DNA of 52,854 nt from a virus (Duplodnaviria; Caudoviricetes), in the IMG/VR virus record IMGVR_UViG_3300030333_002333, positions 1-52,854 of that record; one strand, given 5' to 3'. The position numbers and the translations under genes are program-made. Positions 9,326-18,973 of the stretch are shown one piece after another (positions within the stretch are counted from its first letter, which is position 1; every line of letters starts with the position of its first letter). The notes below the pieces were generated by a model. The model did not search any database, had not been told where the DNA came from, and saw only the letters and a list, made by a program, of their open reading frames with translations.

Positions 9326-11343
9326 TGTATTTTGGAACACATGGATTACTAGGTGCTATGATAGGAGTACCAGTTGGTGCAGGAATTAACGCAGCAGTTA
9401 ATGCTTTTGGCAGTGGTGAAAGTGAAGAGTATAGTAATGCTGAAATAGGTGCTGCATTGGGTACTGGTATGTTAGCAGGTACTATGGCTAAACCAGCAAT
9501 AGCATGGGCTGGTAGAAACATGGCTAATTTCTCTGAGGGTTATTATAATCTTGAACCTTTTGATGACATGACTAGATTTGAATCAAAGGTTCTTGGTGGT
9601 AACCAAAAAATGGTTAGTATAAAAAGAAACTTAGGCAGTGCTATTCGTGGTAAGCAACAATTAAGAAACAATGTAGACTTAACTCTTCTTGATAATAAAG
9701 AATTAAAAAAGATACAAAACAAAACTCAATTTGAAAAACTACAGGTTGAGTTAAATGCGAATGATGTAAGGAACCCTAGAACGGGTAAGCCTATTGATGC
9801 AGTTACTCAGTATCATAGATATAAAAATAACAACTTTCCTAATAGTCCTAACACTACTGCTGAAGAAGCTTTGTGGCATTTCAAACAAGAGAGAGCAAAG
9901 AAAATAAACTTTAATTTAGATAAGACAACAGCATCTCTTGAAAGACAGATAGCAAGTTGGTCACAAGGTGGAAACAATTATGAAAGAATGTTAAAACATA
10001 TGAATCCACAAACTCCTGATGAAATAAGAGCATTTAATAGAAGGATGATGTTAAACAAAGCGAAAGCTTCAGTATTATATAGTAATGCTATGAGGGAATT
10101 TGAAAAGGCAGGTGAGTATGGTAGAAAATGGAGACATGAGATAGCAAAGAATGAGGTCCATGCTATGTGGGCTAATAAACCTTGGAGTAAAAGAAGATTA
10201 GCTCAGGCTGGGTATGCTTGGGAAGGTGCTTATAGATGGGGAGATTTAAAAAAGTTCTTTGATACTCCGGGTCTTAACCAATGGGAAAGAAGTGTTAATG
10301 ATGTTGGTAAAAAGGTTGCAAGTGCCCTTAAAGTGCCCGGGCTTGCCCCAACATTAATGAATGATAATACTGTAATAAATTTCATGAGGAATACTAATGT
10401 ACATGATAATGTTATCAAGCGACAGCCATCCAGAGTATTCCAAGGAATAGGTAGAGACATAGCTCATCTAGCAGGAAATCATAATTACAAACTATCAGAG
10501 GTTAGGTCTCATATTCGTAACAATCTAAAGTACAATCCTCATAAGTATAACTTTACAACTAGGGACTTAAAAGAATGGTCTGAAAAAACTAATGATGAGG
10601 TATTCAAAAGACAGTACAAAGAATGGAAAGGAATGAAGAAGTCTCAAAAACTCAGTGATAAGGGGCTAAAGCTTTATAATAGATTATCTTATAAATATGG
10701 TAAAGCAGTTGCTGATGACATGCTTAAACAAGCACAAAAACAAGGTGCTTTTACTAAAGCATTTGGTGCTGGTAGAGGTAACTTTACTATACAAGGTATG
10801 GGTAGGGTCACAAAGAGTTATCTTGAAGGTGGTATTAATATGACCACAGAGTTTAGAGCATTTGCAGAACCTAGAAGTGCAGTACCAAAGGTTGCTATGA
10901 GGACAGTAACAAGTGACCTTAGTGACTTATTATATAGTGTTGAATCAGGTGTACAAAGGAATGTTCCATTGATAGCAGAAGAGCATTATCAAACTTATAA
11001 TGGAAAGACAGGTAAATTATTATCAGGTAGACCAGCTATGACAAATAGCAATCCTTTTAAGGGTAGATATGAGGCTGGTCTTGATGACTTAAAACAAAAC
11101 AGATTAATAAGAGGTGATGTTAAGAGAACTTTATTAAAGGATGGGTATAATAAGATGTTGAGTTTAAAGAACTTACGCTTTCTTCAACGAGCAGTTACTG
11201 AAAACCCAACCCGTTTTTTAAAGTACGCAGCTAACAGGTCCTTAGGTATTGTATCCAATCCAGTTGTTGCATCAGGTTTAATAGCATGGAGTGTGTTTGG
11301 TGGCATGAAGGGTGAGCAAGAACTTTCCGATACTTTCCAGTAG
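9325..11343 (+). CDS. Hypothetical basic protein with hydrophobic Gly/Ala-rich termini; probable internal virion/ejection protein
   Basis: 672 aa, TAATG-coupled to the giant ORF; hydrophobic segments at N- and C-termini. Confidence 0.55.
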   Translation: MYFGTHGLLGAMIGVPVGAGINAAVNAFGSGESEEYSNAEIGAALGTGMLAGTMAKPAIAWAGRNMANFSEGYYNLEPFDDMTRFESKVLGGNQKMVSIKRNLGSAIRGKQQLRNNVDLTLLDNKELKKIQNKTQFEKLQVELNANDVRNPRTGKPIDAVTQYHRYKNNNFPNSPNTTAEEALWHFKQERAKKINFNLDKTTASLERQIASWSQGGNNYERMLKHMNPQTPDEIRAFNRRMMLNKAKASVLYSNAMREFEKAGEYGRKWRHEIAKNEVHAMWANKPWSKRRLAQAGYAWEGAYRWGDLKKFFDTPGLNQWERSVNDVGKKVASALKVPGLAPTLMNDNTVINFMRNTNVHDNVIKRQPSRVFQGIGRDIAHLAGNHNYKLSEVRSHIRNNLKYNPHKYNFTTRDLKEWSEKTNDEVFKRQYKEWKGMKKSQKLSDKGLKLYNRLSYKYGKAVADDMLKQAQKQGAFTKAFGAGRGNFTIQGMGRVTKSYLEGGINMTTEFRAFAEPRSAVPKVAMRTVTSDLSDLLYSVESGVQRNVPLIAEEHYQTYNGKTGKLLSGRPAMTNSNPFKGRYEAGLDDLKQNRLIRGDVKRTLLKDGYNKMLSLKNLRFLQRAVTENPTRFLKYAANRSLGIVSNPVVASGLIAWSVFGGMKGEQELSDTFQ

Positions 11344-11433
11344 AATTTTTTTCAACTAAAATTGCAAATCCTGATGGGCATACTCTCTAATTAAAATAAA
11401 AAAAACCAGATTTAAATTTTGGTATAATTTTTC

Positions 11434-11466
11434 AAAAGTGGGGTATAAGAGAGCATACACCCCACT
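11434..11466 (-). terminator. Probable intrinsic terminator at the end of the minus-strand arm
   Basis: AGTGGGG (11437-11443) / CCCCACT (11460-11466) stem followed by a U-run on the minus strand, just after the stop of 11482..11685, in the convergent gap. Confidence 0.55.
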
Positions 11467-11481
11467 AGCAGACTTACGAGT

Positions 11482-11685
11482 CTACTGAGTAAGAACAGGT
11501 CTTACACAGTTCTTGAAATACTGACATCCTTCTTTCAATTCTACAAAGCATTCTTTGTTATAGTAACCTTTATTAACCCTTTGATAGATTTGTCCTGAGT
11601 CAACTCCTCTTATAAAAAGCACACCCATACATTTACCACAGTCCCAATTGGCACAGTGTTTCTGGGCTTCGCTTTTTTTATTCAC
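11482..11685 (-). CDS. Small Cys-rich hypothetical protein (possible metal binding)
   Basis: 67 aa with HCANWDCGKC and CQYFKNC; overlaps the upstream stop. Confidence 0.6.
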   Translation of the reverse strand: MNKKSEAQKHCANWDCGKCMGVLFIRGVDSGQIYQRVNKGYYNKECFVELKEGCQYFKNCVRPVLTQ

Positions 11686-12034
11686 AGTTTACACCGGGCT
11701 CACAAAAATCAACACCTCTAGCTTTCATTTCCTCCTGTCTTCTTTCTTCTTCCATCTTTTCTAATTCATTAGATAGACCTCCGAAGAAAACAGAAAGTTC
11801 TTTGTCTTCTACAGTCATTCCTAAAGTATGTAACTCTTCTTGTGTTAAACGAACAACAGCAGTGTTATGTTCTCTAGGATTAGCCGTATTACTTAGTGGC
11901 TCTCTTTGTGTTTTGTGATTGAAGTCGTATTGTGATTTTATTGCATCTTCTATTTTCCCAGATAATGTTACCCTCTGTTCTTTGGATAATTCAATATCAC
12001 TAGAAAATAGTATTGCACTTATTAGCTTTCTCAT
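11678..12034 (-). CDS. Hypothetical protein (start revised from 12115 to ATG at 12034)
   Basis: AAGGAG SD precedes ATG of MRKLISAILF; the 12035-12115 extension overlaps a hairpin. Confidence 0.65.
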   Translation of the reverse strand: MRKLISAILFSSDIELSKEQRVTLSGKIEDAIKSQYDFNHKTQREPLSNTANPREHNTAVVRLTQEELHTLGMTVEDKELSVFFGGLSNELEKMEEERRQEEMKARGVDFCEPGVNCE

Positions 12035-12297
12035 ACTCGTCTTCTCCTTATTTAAAAAGTGTGGGGAGCAACTACTGTTAATCGTAGAATGACGCTCCCC
12101 TGTGTAACCAAACAATACAATCGGTTTTGATTAAGTTTTATTTTTCTAATTAAATGCCAACCTAATTATCATTTGTCAAACCATCCTTTCCTATAATAAC
12201 AAAAGTTCACAGTACATAACACGCACTTCCAAACATCTTGATAGTTTATGTATTCCCCATCAAGCTTTAAAGTTATTAATTGTAATGTTTAGTTAAT

Positions 12298-12603
12298 CTA
12301 TTTTAAACTTTCTTCTGCCTTATTTACCATTTCAATAAGGTCTTTAATAAATGTTCTTCTTTTAGTGTTCTCTTCTAAAGCAGGGTTGAAAGTTAGCATC
12401 TGTTTTTCTTCTTGTGCTACACGATTTTTAATTTCACACATTCTTTTAAAACCAGAACTACCAATTTTGATTTTTCCTTCACCCAACATTCTAACATAAA
12501 ATTTTAACAATTCTAAGTGAGAACCAAATGGACTAGCAGACTCTCTGTTACCATCAGGTAAGTCTAATTTTGTACCATTCCAATACATTGTTTTAACTGC
12601 CAT
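12298..12603 (-). CDS. Hypothetical protein
   Basis: 101 aa, TAATG-coupled to HNH gene, AAGGAGG SD. Confidence 0.7.
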   Translation of the reverse strand: MAVKTMYWNGTKLDLPDGNRESASPFGSHLELLKFYVRMLGEGKIKIGSSGFKRMCEIKNRVAQEEKQMLTFNPALEENTKRRTFIKDLIEMVNKAEESLK

Positions 12604-13037
12604 TAGTATCTTCCTCCTTTGGCTAATTTTCTCATCACATATTCACTTATTTCTTCAGGTAATTCTATTACCAAGTCAATAAGCATTGTGAAGTCTTGTT
12701 CATCCAATGGACCTTTGCGTGTGTTACAAGTCTTACAAATTAATTGCAAATTCTCCACTACGCTATCTCCACTTTTTGATAGTGGAATAATATGGTCACA
12801 TGCTATGTTTCTAAATGTTAGTATCTTACTGCAATATTTGCATTCAGTACCGTATATATCTAAAAACATCTTTTTTAATTCAACAAGTTCAATCTCGAAT
12901 TTTACATCATTTTCAATTGACCTTCTTTTTAAAGAAGACTTTAGGGTGCTTATTTTACGCAACAGTTTCTTATAGGCACGCTGCCAATAAGCACCATGTA
13001 CGGGTTGGAGTACAGTTCTAAAGTCTTCTTTTTTCAT
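12603..13037 (-). CDS. HNH endonuclease
   Basis: CKYC...DHIIPLSKSG...NLQLICKTCNTRKG zinc-binding HNH motif. Confidence 0.9.
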   Translation of the reverse strand: MKKEDFRTVLQPVHGAYWQRAYKKLLRKISTLKSSLKRRSIENDVKFEIELVELKKMFLDIYGTECKYCSKILTFRNIACDHIIPLSKSGDSVVENLQLICKTCNTRKGPLDEQDFTMLIDLVIELPEEISEYVMRKLAKGGRY

Positions 13038-13570
13038 CTTTTATAATCTTCCAATTGTTTACAATCTATAGCTAAGTATATTTTATTATTATCTTCGTAT
13101 TTACCAAATTTACCACTACCCAATCTATTCCATACATCTGCCAAACTCAATACCCATTTTTCATCTTCTGTATTACTATAAACAAAAAACCTTACAGGTG
13201 CAATACCATTCCATAAGTTATATTCATGCAAATCATCTATCTTAAACTTAACTTCATCTCTACAGCCCTTGACCTCAAGGAAACTAATAGAATTGGAAGC
13301 GTAAACTAATAAATCAGGCATGCATCTTAAAAAGCTTGGAACTTGAAACCACATAGCACTAGGTATTCTATCATCTTTTGAGTCAAAACCTATGTTTTTA
13401 TATATGATATTCTTTGAATCGAGATATTCTTCGGCTTTTACTTGAGCAATATCTATTCTATTGGTATTACGCAATTGAAAGTCTCCATCTGAATCTATCG
13501 TACCATCAAACTTATCAACTAACATTTGAGCTAGTTTTTCTTGGTCTTTTAGGTCTTTAAGCGTACTCAT
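13034..13570 (-). CDS. PD-(D/E)xK superfamily nuclease
   Basis: MPDLLV...FLEVKG motif with upstream AEEYL helix. Confidence 0.75.
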   Translation of the reverse strand: MSTLKDLKDQEKLAQMLVDKFDGTIDSDGDFQLRNTNRIDIAQVKAEEYLDSKNIIYKNIGFDSKDDRIPSAMWFQVPSFLRCMPDLLVYASNSISFLEVKGCRDEVKFKIDDLHEYNLWNGIAPVRFFVYSNTEDEKWVLSLADVWNRLGSGKFGKYEDNNKIYLAIDCKQLEDYKR

Positions 13571-13749
13571 TAACCTTCATCCATAAGGTAATTTAACAAT
13601 TCGACATCGGCTTCTTTAGCCTCATTAACACCTTCTTCTATACGATTTAATCTGAGTATGACGCTCCACCATAAGCCGAGCATACATAGCCATAAAAATT
13701 CATAAAAAGGAAAATGTTGTTCTTCTACGAATGTTTCTAACCATTCCAT
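13570..13749 (-). CDS. Small membrane protein (59 aa, not in ORF track)
   Basis: AAGGAGG SD; MEWLETFVEEQHFPFYEFLWLCMLGLWWSVILRLNR...; TAATG overlap with next gene. Confidence 0.65.
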   Translation of the reverse strand: MEWLETFVEEQHFPFYEFLWLCMLGLWWSVILRLNRIEEGVNEAKEADVELLNYLMDEG

Positions 13750-13850
13750 AATTTCCTCCTTTAGGAAAATAAAGGGGCTTCCACAAAGGAAAGTCTAATG
13801 ACCATGACGACATTAGCTAGTTGTGGAGAAGAGTGGAGAGCCCCTTAAGT

Positions 13851-14078
13851 TTAGTCTATATTCTCATAGCCCTCTTCTGGAAATTCAGCATTCTCACAAG
13901 TGTTACAAGTAACACCTAGTTCAGAATCATCACTTTCAGAAGTGCCGTATTCTTCCCATACTGTGTCAGTATTGCCACAAAGGCTACACTCTTTTTCAGC
14001 AGGGTCTCCACCAATTGGCATTAAATCAGGCATTTTTCTTAGGTCTTCCTCTTTTCTTAGGTTTACAAAGGCTTTCAA
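13851..14078 (-). CDS. Small zinc-ribbon protein
   Basis: CSLC...CNTC; real start may be the internal Met. Confidence 0.6.
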   Translation of the reverse strand: MKAFVNLRKEEDLRKMPDLMPIGGDPAEKECSLCGNTDTVWEEYGTSESDDSELGVTCNTCENAEFPEEGYENID

Positions 14079-14223
14079 CCATTAACTCAAGCTCATTTAC
14101 TTTATGTTGTAGAGCTTTAATGGCTTTTTTATTAGCCCATGTGAAGTTACCTAAAGTTTGTAACTTTTTCCACAGTCCATTACTGCGTTTTTTCTTTTTG
14201 AAAGGATTGTATAATAGTCTCAT
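14026..14223 (-). CDS. Small basic hypothetical protein
   Basis: AGGAG SD, coiled-coil, C-terminal KKRGRPKK (AT-hook-like). Confidence 0.6.
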   Translation of the reverse strand: MRLLYNPFKKKKRSNGLWKKLQTLGNFTWANKKAIKALQHKVNELELMVESLCKPKKRGRPKKNA

Positions 14224-14393
14224 TTTCTTACTCCTAGTTCTATTGAGGTTTCTATTAAATTAAACAAGATGATATTAAAAAGGATATAGTTTCCTTCTTC
14301 TCTGTCGTAACCAATAACCCCAAAGGACAAGGTTCCCCATAATAAATATACCATGAGAGAACCCTGCCCTGATTGGATTTGGACGAATTTCAT
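14220..14393 (-). CDS. Small hypothetical protein (57 aa, not in ORF track)
   Basis: MKFVQIQSGQGSLMVYLLWG...LGVRK; ATGA overlaps with both neighbours. Confidence 0.6.
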   Translation of the reverse strand: MKFVQIQSGQGSLMVYLLWGTLSFGVIGYDREEGNYILFNIILFNLIETSIELGVRK

Positions 14394-14944
14394 GAGCGTT
14401 TAACTCGTTTCACCTTGTTGATTGTTGCTCCGTCAGGCATATCTTTATTATCCTTTGCTAAGGACATACAAGCTTTGCGTAACTTTGCTTTATCTACTTT
14501 CTGCACTATTTCAGTTTTTATGAAATCATCTGGGAGTGCATTTTGGTCATGTACAATGACCGAACCAAATGTTTCGTACAACTTATACCTTGCAGTATCA
14601 GTTTCTAAAACTCCATTTTCATCTCCAAGTTCTTCTATCAACATTGGTAGTAAAACTTTATTAAGATAATCAGAAGTTCTAGTTAAGGCATTTTTCCTAT
14701 TTCGTAACCTAGCAATTTCGTCTTTATGAGCCTCTATCTCTGCGTCTATCAGATATTCTCTTTCCTTGATATTTTGTGAGAAAAAGTCAATGCCATCAGC
14801 CTTGTCCTTAATCTTTCCTTGTATCAAGGATTGTTCTTCTAATAAAGCAGGAAGATTAGATTCCTCTTCGAGTTCCATCCTAAGCATTAAATCCATATGG
14901 TCTCCAATAAGCTCTTTTGCAGTTTGCTTTTTATCGTTATTCAT
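14390..14944 (-). CDS. Siphovirus Gp157-family protein
   Basis: Coiled-coil KIKDKADGI...IDAEI...EIARL...; LPDDFIK...VDKAKLRK...GA pattern; located in replication/recombination block. Confidence 0.75.
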   Translation of the reverse strand: MNNDKKQTAKELIGDHMDLMLRMELEEESNLPALLEEQSLIQGKIKDKADGIDFFSQNIKEREYLIDAEIEAHKDEIARLRNRKNALTRTSDYLNKVLLPMLIEELGDENGVLETDTARYKLYETFGSVIVHDQNALPDDFIKTEIVQKVDKAKLRKACMSLAKDNKDMPDGATINKVKRVKRS

Positions 14945-16736
14945 AGTCTCTCCTTAATCTAAATGATGGTCTCCATCTTAAAGGAACATCCTCAAAGAGT
15001 TCTCCATCTGAGTTTTTAAACAATGATAGTAGTTTTACTGGGTCTTTGGATTGCCCATTAATCCCAATAACTTTACGACTAGCATTTTCAATAGCACCAC
15101 TACCTTTACCAGCATATAAATCAAGAACATCATTTTTAGAATATTCTCTACTTACCTGTGATAATTGTATAATTATTATATCATTATTAACTGCCATGTT
15201 AGATAAGCTATGACTTATATATCTAATACCTTCATATTCACCACGGTGAGAAGGACCAGCATCTATCAAGTCAATGTAATCTACAACTACAACTTGAGGG
15301 TCTAACTCTTTAATCTTATGAGCAATATCCTCAACTGTTGGTTGTATGGTTTGTATAATTATATGGTCTAATAATTCTTTATGGTCATCTGCTATCTGCT
15401 TTGCATTTGCTTCTACTTGTTGTTTATCTACATCAGCAACTATTTGAATGTGTCTTTTATGCATGTACCAATCACTCAATTCTAAACTTAAATATAATGT
15501 ATTTAGTTGTTGGTCTGGGTCTATTCTATCTTGTGAAGCGTTATAACCTAAGACTATATTTTGAGCAACTGTTGTTTTACCAGCACCAGTTGGACCAAAG
15601 ATGGTTACCAACTCACCGGGATATATCGTACAATCTAAATTAGGAAGTCCAAAGATTTTTGATAAATCTATAGTTCTTCCACTGAAATCCGTAGACAGTC
15701 TTTCTTCTAGTTTCTGCTGTAATTGTGTGAAGTCCTGTACATTAATTGTATAGTCCTTTCTCTTGTAATGAATACAATGTGTTTGACATCGTGCTTTCAT
15801 CTCTGGGTCTTGACATCCATATTGATACCCATTATTGTATACTGATTCGACCTTCTCCAGAATAATGTTTTCAGATAATTGATTATCATTCCAATATAAA
15901 AGTGCAGCCTTAGTAGCGTCACTTGGTATACCATTTCTTCTAAAGTGTGATGCAATTCTGAGTATTATATTGTTTCGAGTACCAGATTGAGGTCCTTCTT
16001 TCCACATTTGCTGTACACATGGTACAACTTTTGTAGGTTCCTGAACGGCTTTAAAGGCTCTTACTGTCTCAACATTGGTTTTTATACTAGTTTGTAGGGA
16101 ACCATCTCCCCACATAGCATCTTCCCAATCAATACGGGATGGTGTCTTTGCCAGTTCTTTAACATCTTCAAACTTCATACTAATGAAAGATTCAAAAGGC
16201 ATAAGAGTTTTAAATAAATTTGATTTAGGATTTTTAGTACCCTCTTCTCTATAAATAGATGTTCTCATATAAACAGCAGGGTCTATATCGATACTTTCTA
16301 TTAATTGAGTCATGGTTTGTTTAACCATGTAAGGTAAATCCTCATGTGGCTCAAATCCAAAACAATCAGAACATACCATTATATGATACCCAGTTCCACT
16401 ATAATAGATTTTATAATTACCAAGTTTTAAACCTAATTCCATTAACTCTCTTACTGCAGACTTTGCTTGTTCTAAAGTATACTCATCAGAATTATCTTTC
16501 TTATCAATATCTATAAGTATGCTATCAGTATAGCGTTTACCCATATAATCTTTTAAAGAATGATGAGTTCTAACAAAGTCTACTGCAGTATCATCATATA
16601 AATAATGAGACCGATAGATAGGCATAGTCTGCCCCTTGTCAAAAAATTCATTAAGATTTTTCTCGTATTCCCCAAGGGTCATAAGGAGTCCCCGTTGCCG
16701 AGGACTCCCTATTGCTACTTCAACATATAGTGCCAT
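14937..16736 (-). CDS. AEP primase(-polymerase) fused to SF4 (DnaB-like) helicase
   Basis: ILIDID, YYSGTGYH, IDPAVY AEP motifs; GTRNN PriCT-like region; GPTGAGKT, LSLEL, VVVDYID, LSQVSR, GSGAIE helicase motifs. Confidence 0.88.
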   Translation of the reverse strand: MALYVEVAIGSPRQRGLLMTLGEYEKNLNEFFDKGQTMPIYRSHYLYDDTAVDFVRTHHSLKDYMGKRYTDSILIDIDKKDNSDEYTLEQAKSAVRELMELGLKLGNYKIYYSGTGYHIMVCSDCFGFEPHEDLPYMVKQTMTQLIESIDIDPAVYMRTSIYREEGTKNPKSNLFKTLMPFESFISMKFEDVKELAKTPSRIDWEDAMWGDGSLQTSIKTNVETVRAFKAVQEPTKVVPCVQQMWKEGPQSGTRNNIILRIASHFRRNGIPSDATKAALLYWNDNQLSENIILEKVESVYNNGYQYGCQDPEMKARCQTHCIHYKRKDYTINVQDFTQLQQKLEERLSTDFSGRTIDLSKIFGLPNLDCTIYPGELVTIFGPTGAGKTTVAQNIVLGYNASQDRIDPDQQLNTLYLSLELSDWYMHKRHIQIVADVDKQQVEANAKQIADDHKELLDHIIIQTIQPTVEDIAHKIKELDPQVVVVDYIDLIDAGPSHRGEYEGIRYISHSLSNMAVNNDIIIIQLSQVSREYSKNDVLDLYAGKGSGAIENASRKVIGINGQSKDPVKLLSLFKNSDGELFEDVPLRWRPSFRLRRDYE

Positions 16737-16784
16737 AGTATTTCCGTGAAGAATTAACTATAGTTTATAGTTGTCGACAAAGCA

Positions 16785-17426
16785 CTAAAACGGCAAATCA
16801 TCGCCTGATGCAGATGTCGTGGTTGAAGTAGTAGTGTTGGCAACATCCTCATCGGACGCCTCCTTAATATACTGCTTTTGTTGCATATAGGTAACATAAC
16901 TAGTTAGTTCTGCTTTCCCTTTTGCATCATTAGAGCATATTTTGCCAAGAACTCTTTTATACACCTTTGCTCCTGCCTTTTTAGGGGCTTCTTTGTAAAG
17001 ATATATATAGAAGTCAAATGGTGGCTCTAACATAGGATTGTCAGAACCATTCATATTGTTTATGTGGTTATTAAGAGATGTTTCAATGTTGTCAATGACA
17101 CCACCTTCTTCATCTTCCCAAGTTCCCATGGTGTTAATACCACCTTCATAACCAATAGCATCCTTAAAATAGTTAAATTGTCTAACCATTTTATTGACTT
17201 TCACAGTACCATCGGCTTCTTTATCAAAAGAACCTTTGATACTATGAACTTGGGGATATTGACTCCCTTTTAAGTTGAAATGGACATCAATCCATACATC
17301 AGCCCAATCATATTGGTCTGACCTGTCTTCAACTTTGATTATACCAGCCTCAAAGTAACCAGTAAAATCATTCTTGACAGAAGATGTTTTGGTTTGTAAT
17401 AACGCCATGTTATTCTTCTCCTTCAT
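16785..17426 (-). CDS. Putative single-stranded DNA-binding protein
   Basis: Acidic tail ending DDLPF; lies between Sak4-like ATPase and primase. Confidence 0.65.
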   Translation of the reverse strand: MKEKNNMALLQTKTSSVKNDFTGYFEAGIIKVEDRSDQYDWADVWIDVHFNLKGSQYPQVHSIKGSFDKEADGTVKVNKMVRQFNYFKDAIGYEGGINTMGTWEDEEGGVIDNIETSLNNHINNMNGSDNPMLEPPFDFYIYLYKEAPKKAGAKVYKRVLGKICSNDAKGKAELTSYVTYMQQKQYIKEASDEDVANTTTSTTTSASGDDLPF

Positions 17427-18246
17427 CTTTGTATTCAGTTATTGCCTTTGTAATGTCATCGTAGGTAAAAGGCAGTATTTTCCCATTCAATGGTTTTAGT
17501 CTAGAACCAACTGTTCTCTCATCATAAGCTTGAAAAGAAACATTAGGTATAATTTCATCCTTAACAACCGTACTATACCCAATCACATCAGCTCTAGCAC
17601 ATAGTGCGTAACCTAGACCTCTAGGGAGTTCTGGGCTTAATTGCACTTTGCCATCGTTCATTTGAGATTGCTTTGAGTGGGATGTTAAAATCAAGTTAGA
17701 ACCATGTTGTTTCATAAGCATTTGTAAACGCTTAACTAAATCAACATTTTTCCTTCTTGCTTTACCCCAGTCAGCACCCCACTGACCTTCGCCCATAGCA
17801 GTTATACCAAGTTCTTCACATACTGCTTTCTCTATCCATTGATTGACAGTATCTATCGTATCAATGACCAGAGTTTCATATGGTAGTTCTTGCCAGTTAT
17901 CCTTTAACCAGAGGAATACCTCTGCTAATGAATAAACTTCCATGGGTTCTCCCTTCTGTGGACCTACACGATGATAAAAACCTCTTTCCAAGTTTGGAAT
18001 AATTTTCCTATCATCGCCTTCACCTTCGTAGGGGGGATTTAATGATGTAACAGTTACAACATTTGCTCCATCAACAAAGTCTGCTCCTAAATCAGTATCA
18101 AGAATTAAGACACCTTCGGCACCTTTACTTGACCAATTTGCAGCAGCAGTTGTTTTACCCGTTTTAGGCTGACCGATAAAATACCAAGTCAGCCCCCCGG
18201 GTGCATCTTGCCAATTAGTTGAAACTGTACGAGCTTGTATTTTCAT
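17410..18246 (-). CDS. AAA_24 / Sak4-like ATPase (ssDNA annealing/recombination)
   Basis: GQPKTGKTT Walker A, ILDTDLG, LVIDTID Walker B, LILTSH; adjacent to SSB. Confidence 0.82.
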   Translation of the reverse strand: MKIQARTVSTNWQDAPGGLTWYFIGQPKTGKTTAAANWSSKGAEGVLILDTDLGADFVDGANVVTVTSLNPPYEGEGDDRKIIPNLERGFYHRVGPQKGEPMEVYSLAEVFLWLKDNWQELPYETLVIDTIDTVNQWIEKAVCEELGITAMGEGQWGADWGKARRKNVDLVKRLQMLMKQHGSNLILTSHSKQSQMNDGKVQLSPELPRGLGYALCARADVIGYSTVVKDEIIPNVSFQAYDERTVGSRLKPLNGKILPFTYDDITKAITEYKDEGEE

Positions 18247-18973
18247 ACGACACCTCTTCAGTTAATATGTTATCTGATTGTTCATCTTCTCCACAATAAA
18301 AGTCTTCTTTCTTTATATCTAAAGGCGAAAGACCTTGCCAAATATACTGAAAAAATGGTCTCTCAGTCAAGTAATTAAACATCTGAGTAACACCTATTCC
18401 AGCAATTAGGTTAGCACAGAATATCGTATGTTTCATTGTACATGGAGCTTGTTCTCCAGAGCCTCCGTTAGGAAACCAGTACTTATCATAAACATCGCTA
18501 TTCCTTGTTATTGTTATGCATGACATAGTTAGAGCGTCCATACGCATATCAATAAAGACTTGCCTATTTTCTCTTGTCAACCAGTTATCATAAACACATT
18601 TTCTTGAAGTCATGTCGTCTGTACAAACTATCGTTTTATCAGAAAGGACTTGCCCAGTGCCTGTGAATTTCTCCACAAGCATCTGGGTTTCCACATCTTC
18701 TCCACCGTAATTTTCAACTATCCTGTTTGCGAATCCAGCTTTAGTGTTGGACTCTGTAGGGTCGTACCATTTCTCTGGATACAGGGTTGTTCCAAAGTTG
18801 TGTTGTTCCATCGAATCGTTATCGTAACCTCTGATAAAATCAAATCCCATGATAGCCAATAGTTGAACTACTGCACTACCAATTCCACCAAGACCAACGA
18901 CTGTTACATCGTCAAGCCTTTCTTGTGGAATTAAGTCTTGATTCCTCAGATGTTTCTGGGAGAGCAATGACAT
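18215..18973 (-). CDS. ThiF/MoeB/E1-family adenylyltransferase (Ubl-activating enzyme)
   Basis: RNQDLI arginine finger, VVGLGGIGS, YDNDSMEQHN, K78, CTDDMTSR, IDMRM; candidate catalytic Cys178 (EQAPCTMK). Confidence 0.9.
   Translation of the reverse strand: MSLLSQKHLRNQDLIPQERLDDVTVVGLGGIGSAVVQLLAIMGFDFIRGYDNDSMEQHNFGTTLYPEKWYDPTESNTKAGFANRIVENYGGEDVETQMLVEKFTGTGQVLSDKTIVCTDDMTSRKCVYDNWLTRENRQVFIDMRMDALTMSCITITRNSDVYDKYWFPNGGSGEQAPCTMKHTIFCANLIAGIGVTQMFNYLTERPFFQYIWQGLSPLDIKKEDFYCGEDEQSDNILTEEVSYENTSSYSFN

Noticed and set aside
842-10460. Many 60-190 aa minus-strand ORFs inside the giant gene and the 672-aa gene
   Set aside because: Antisense shadows of long A-rich coding frames (Leu/Ser/Phe-rich, no SD)
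12169-12180. 12-mer TTTGACAAATGA shared (inverted) with 26400-26411
   Set aside because: One 12-mer match in an AT-rich 52-kb genome is expected by chance; no third copy seen
18215-18973. ThiF as a thiamine/molybdopterin biosynthesis auxiliary gene
   Set aside because: No ThiG, MoaE or sulfurtransferase nearby; it lacks the CxxC zinc pairs and neighbours E2 and JAB genes, which fits protein conjugation
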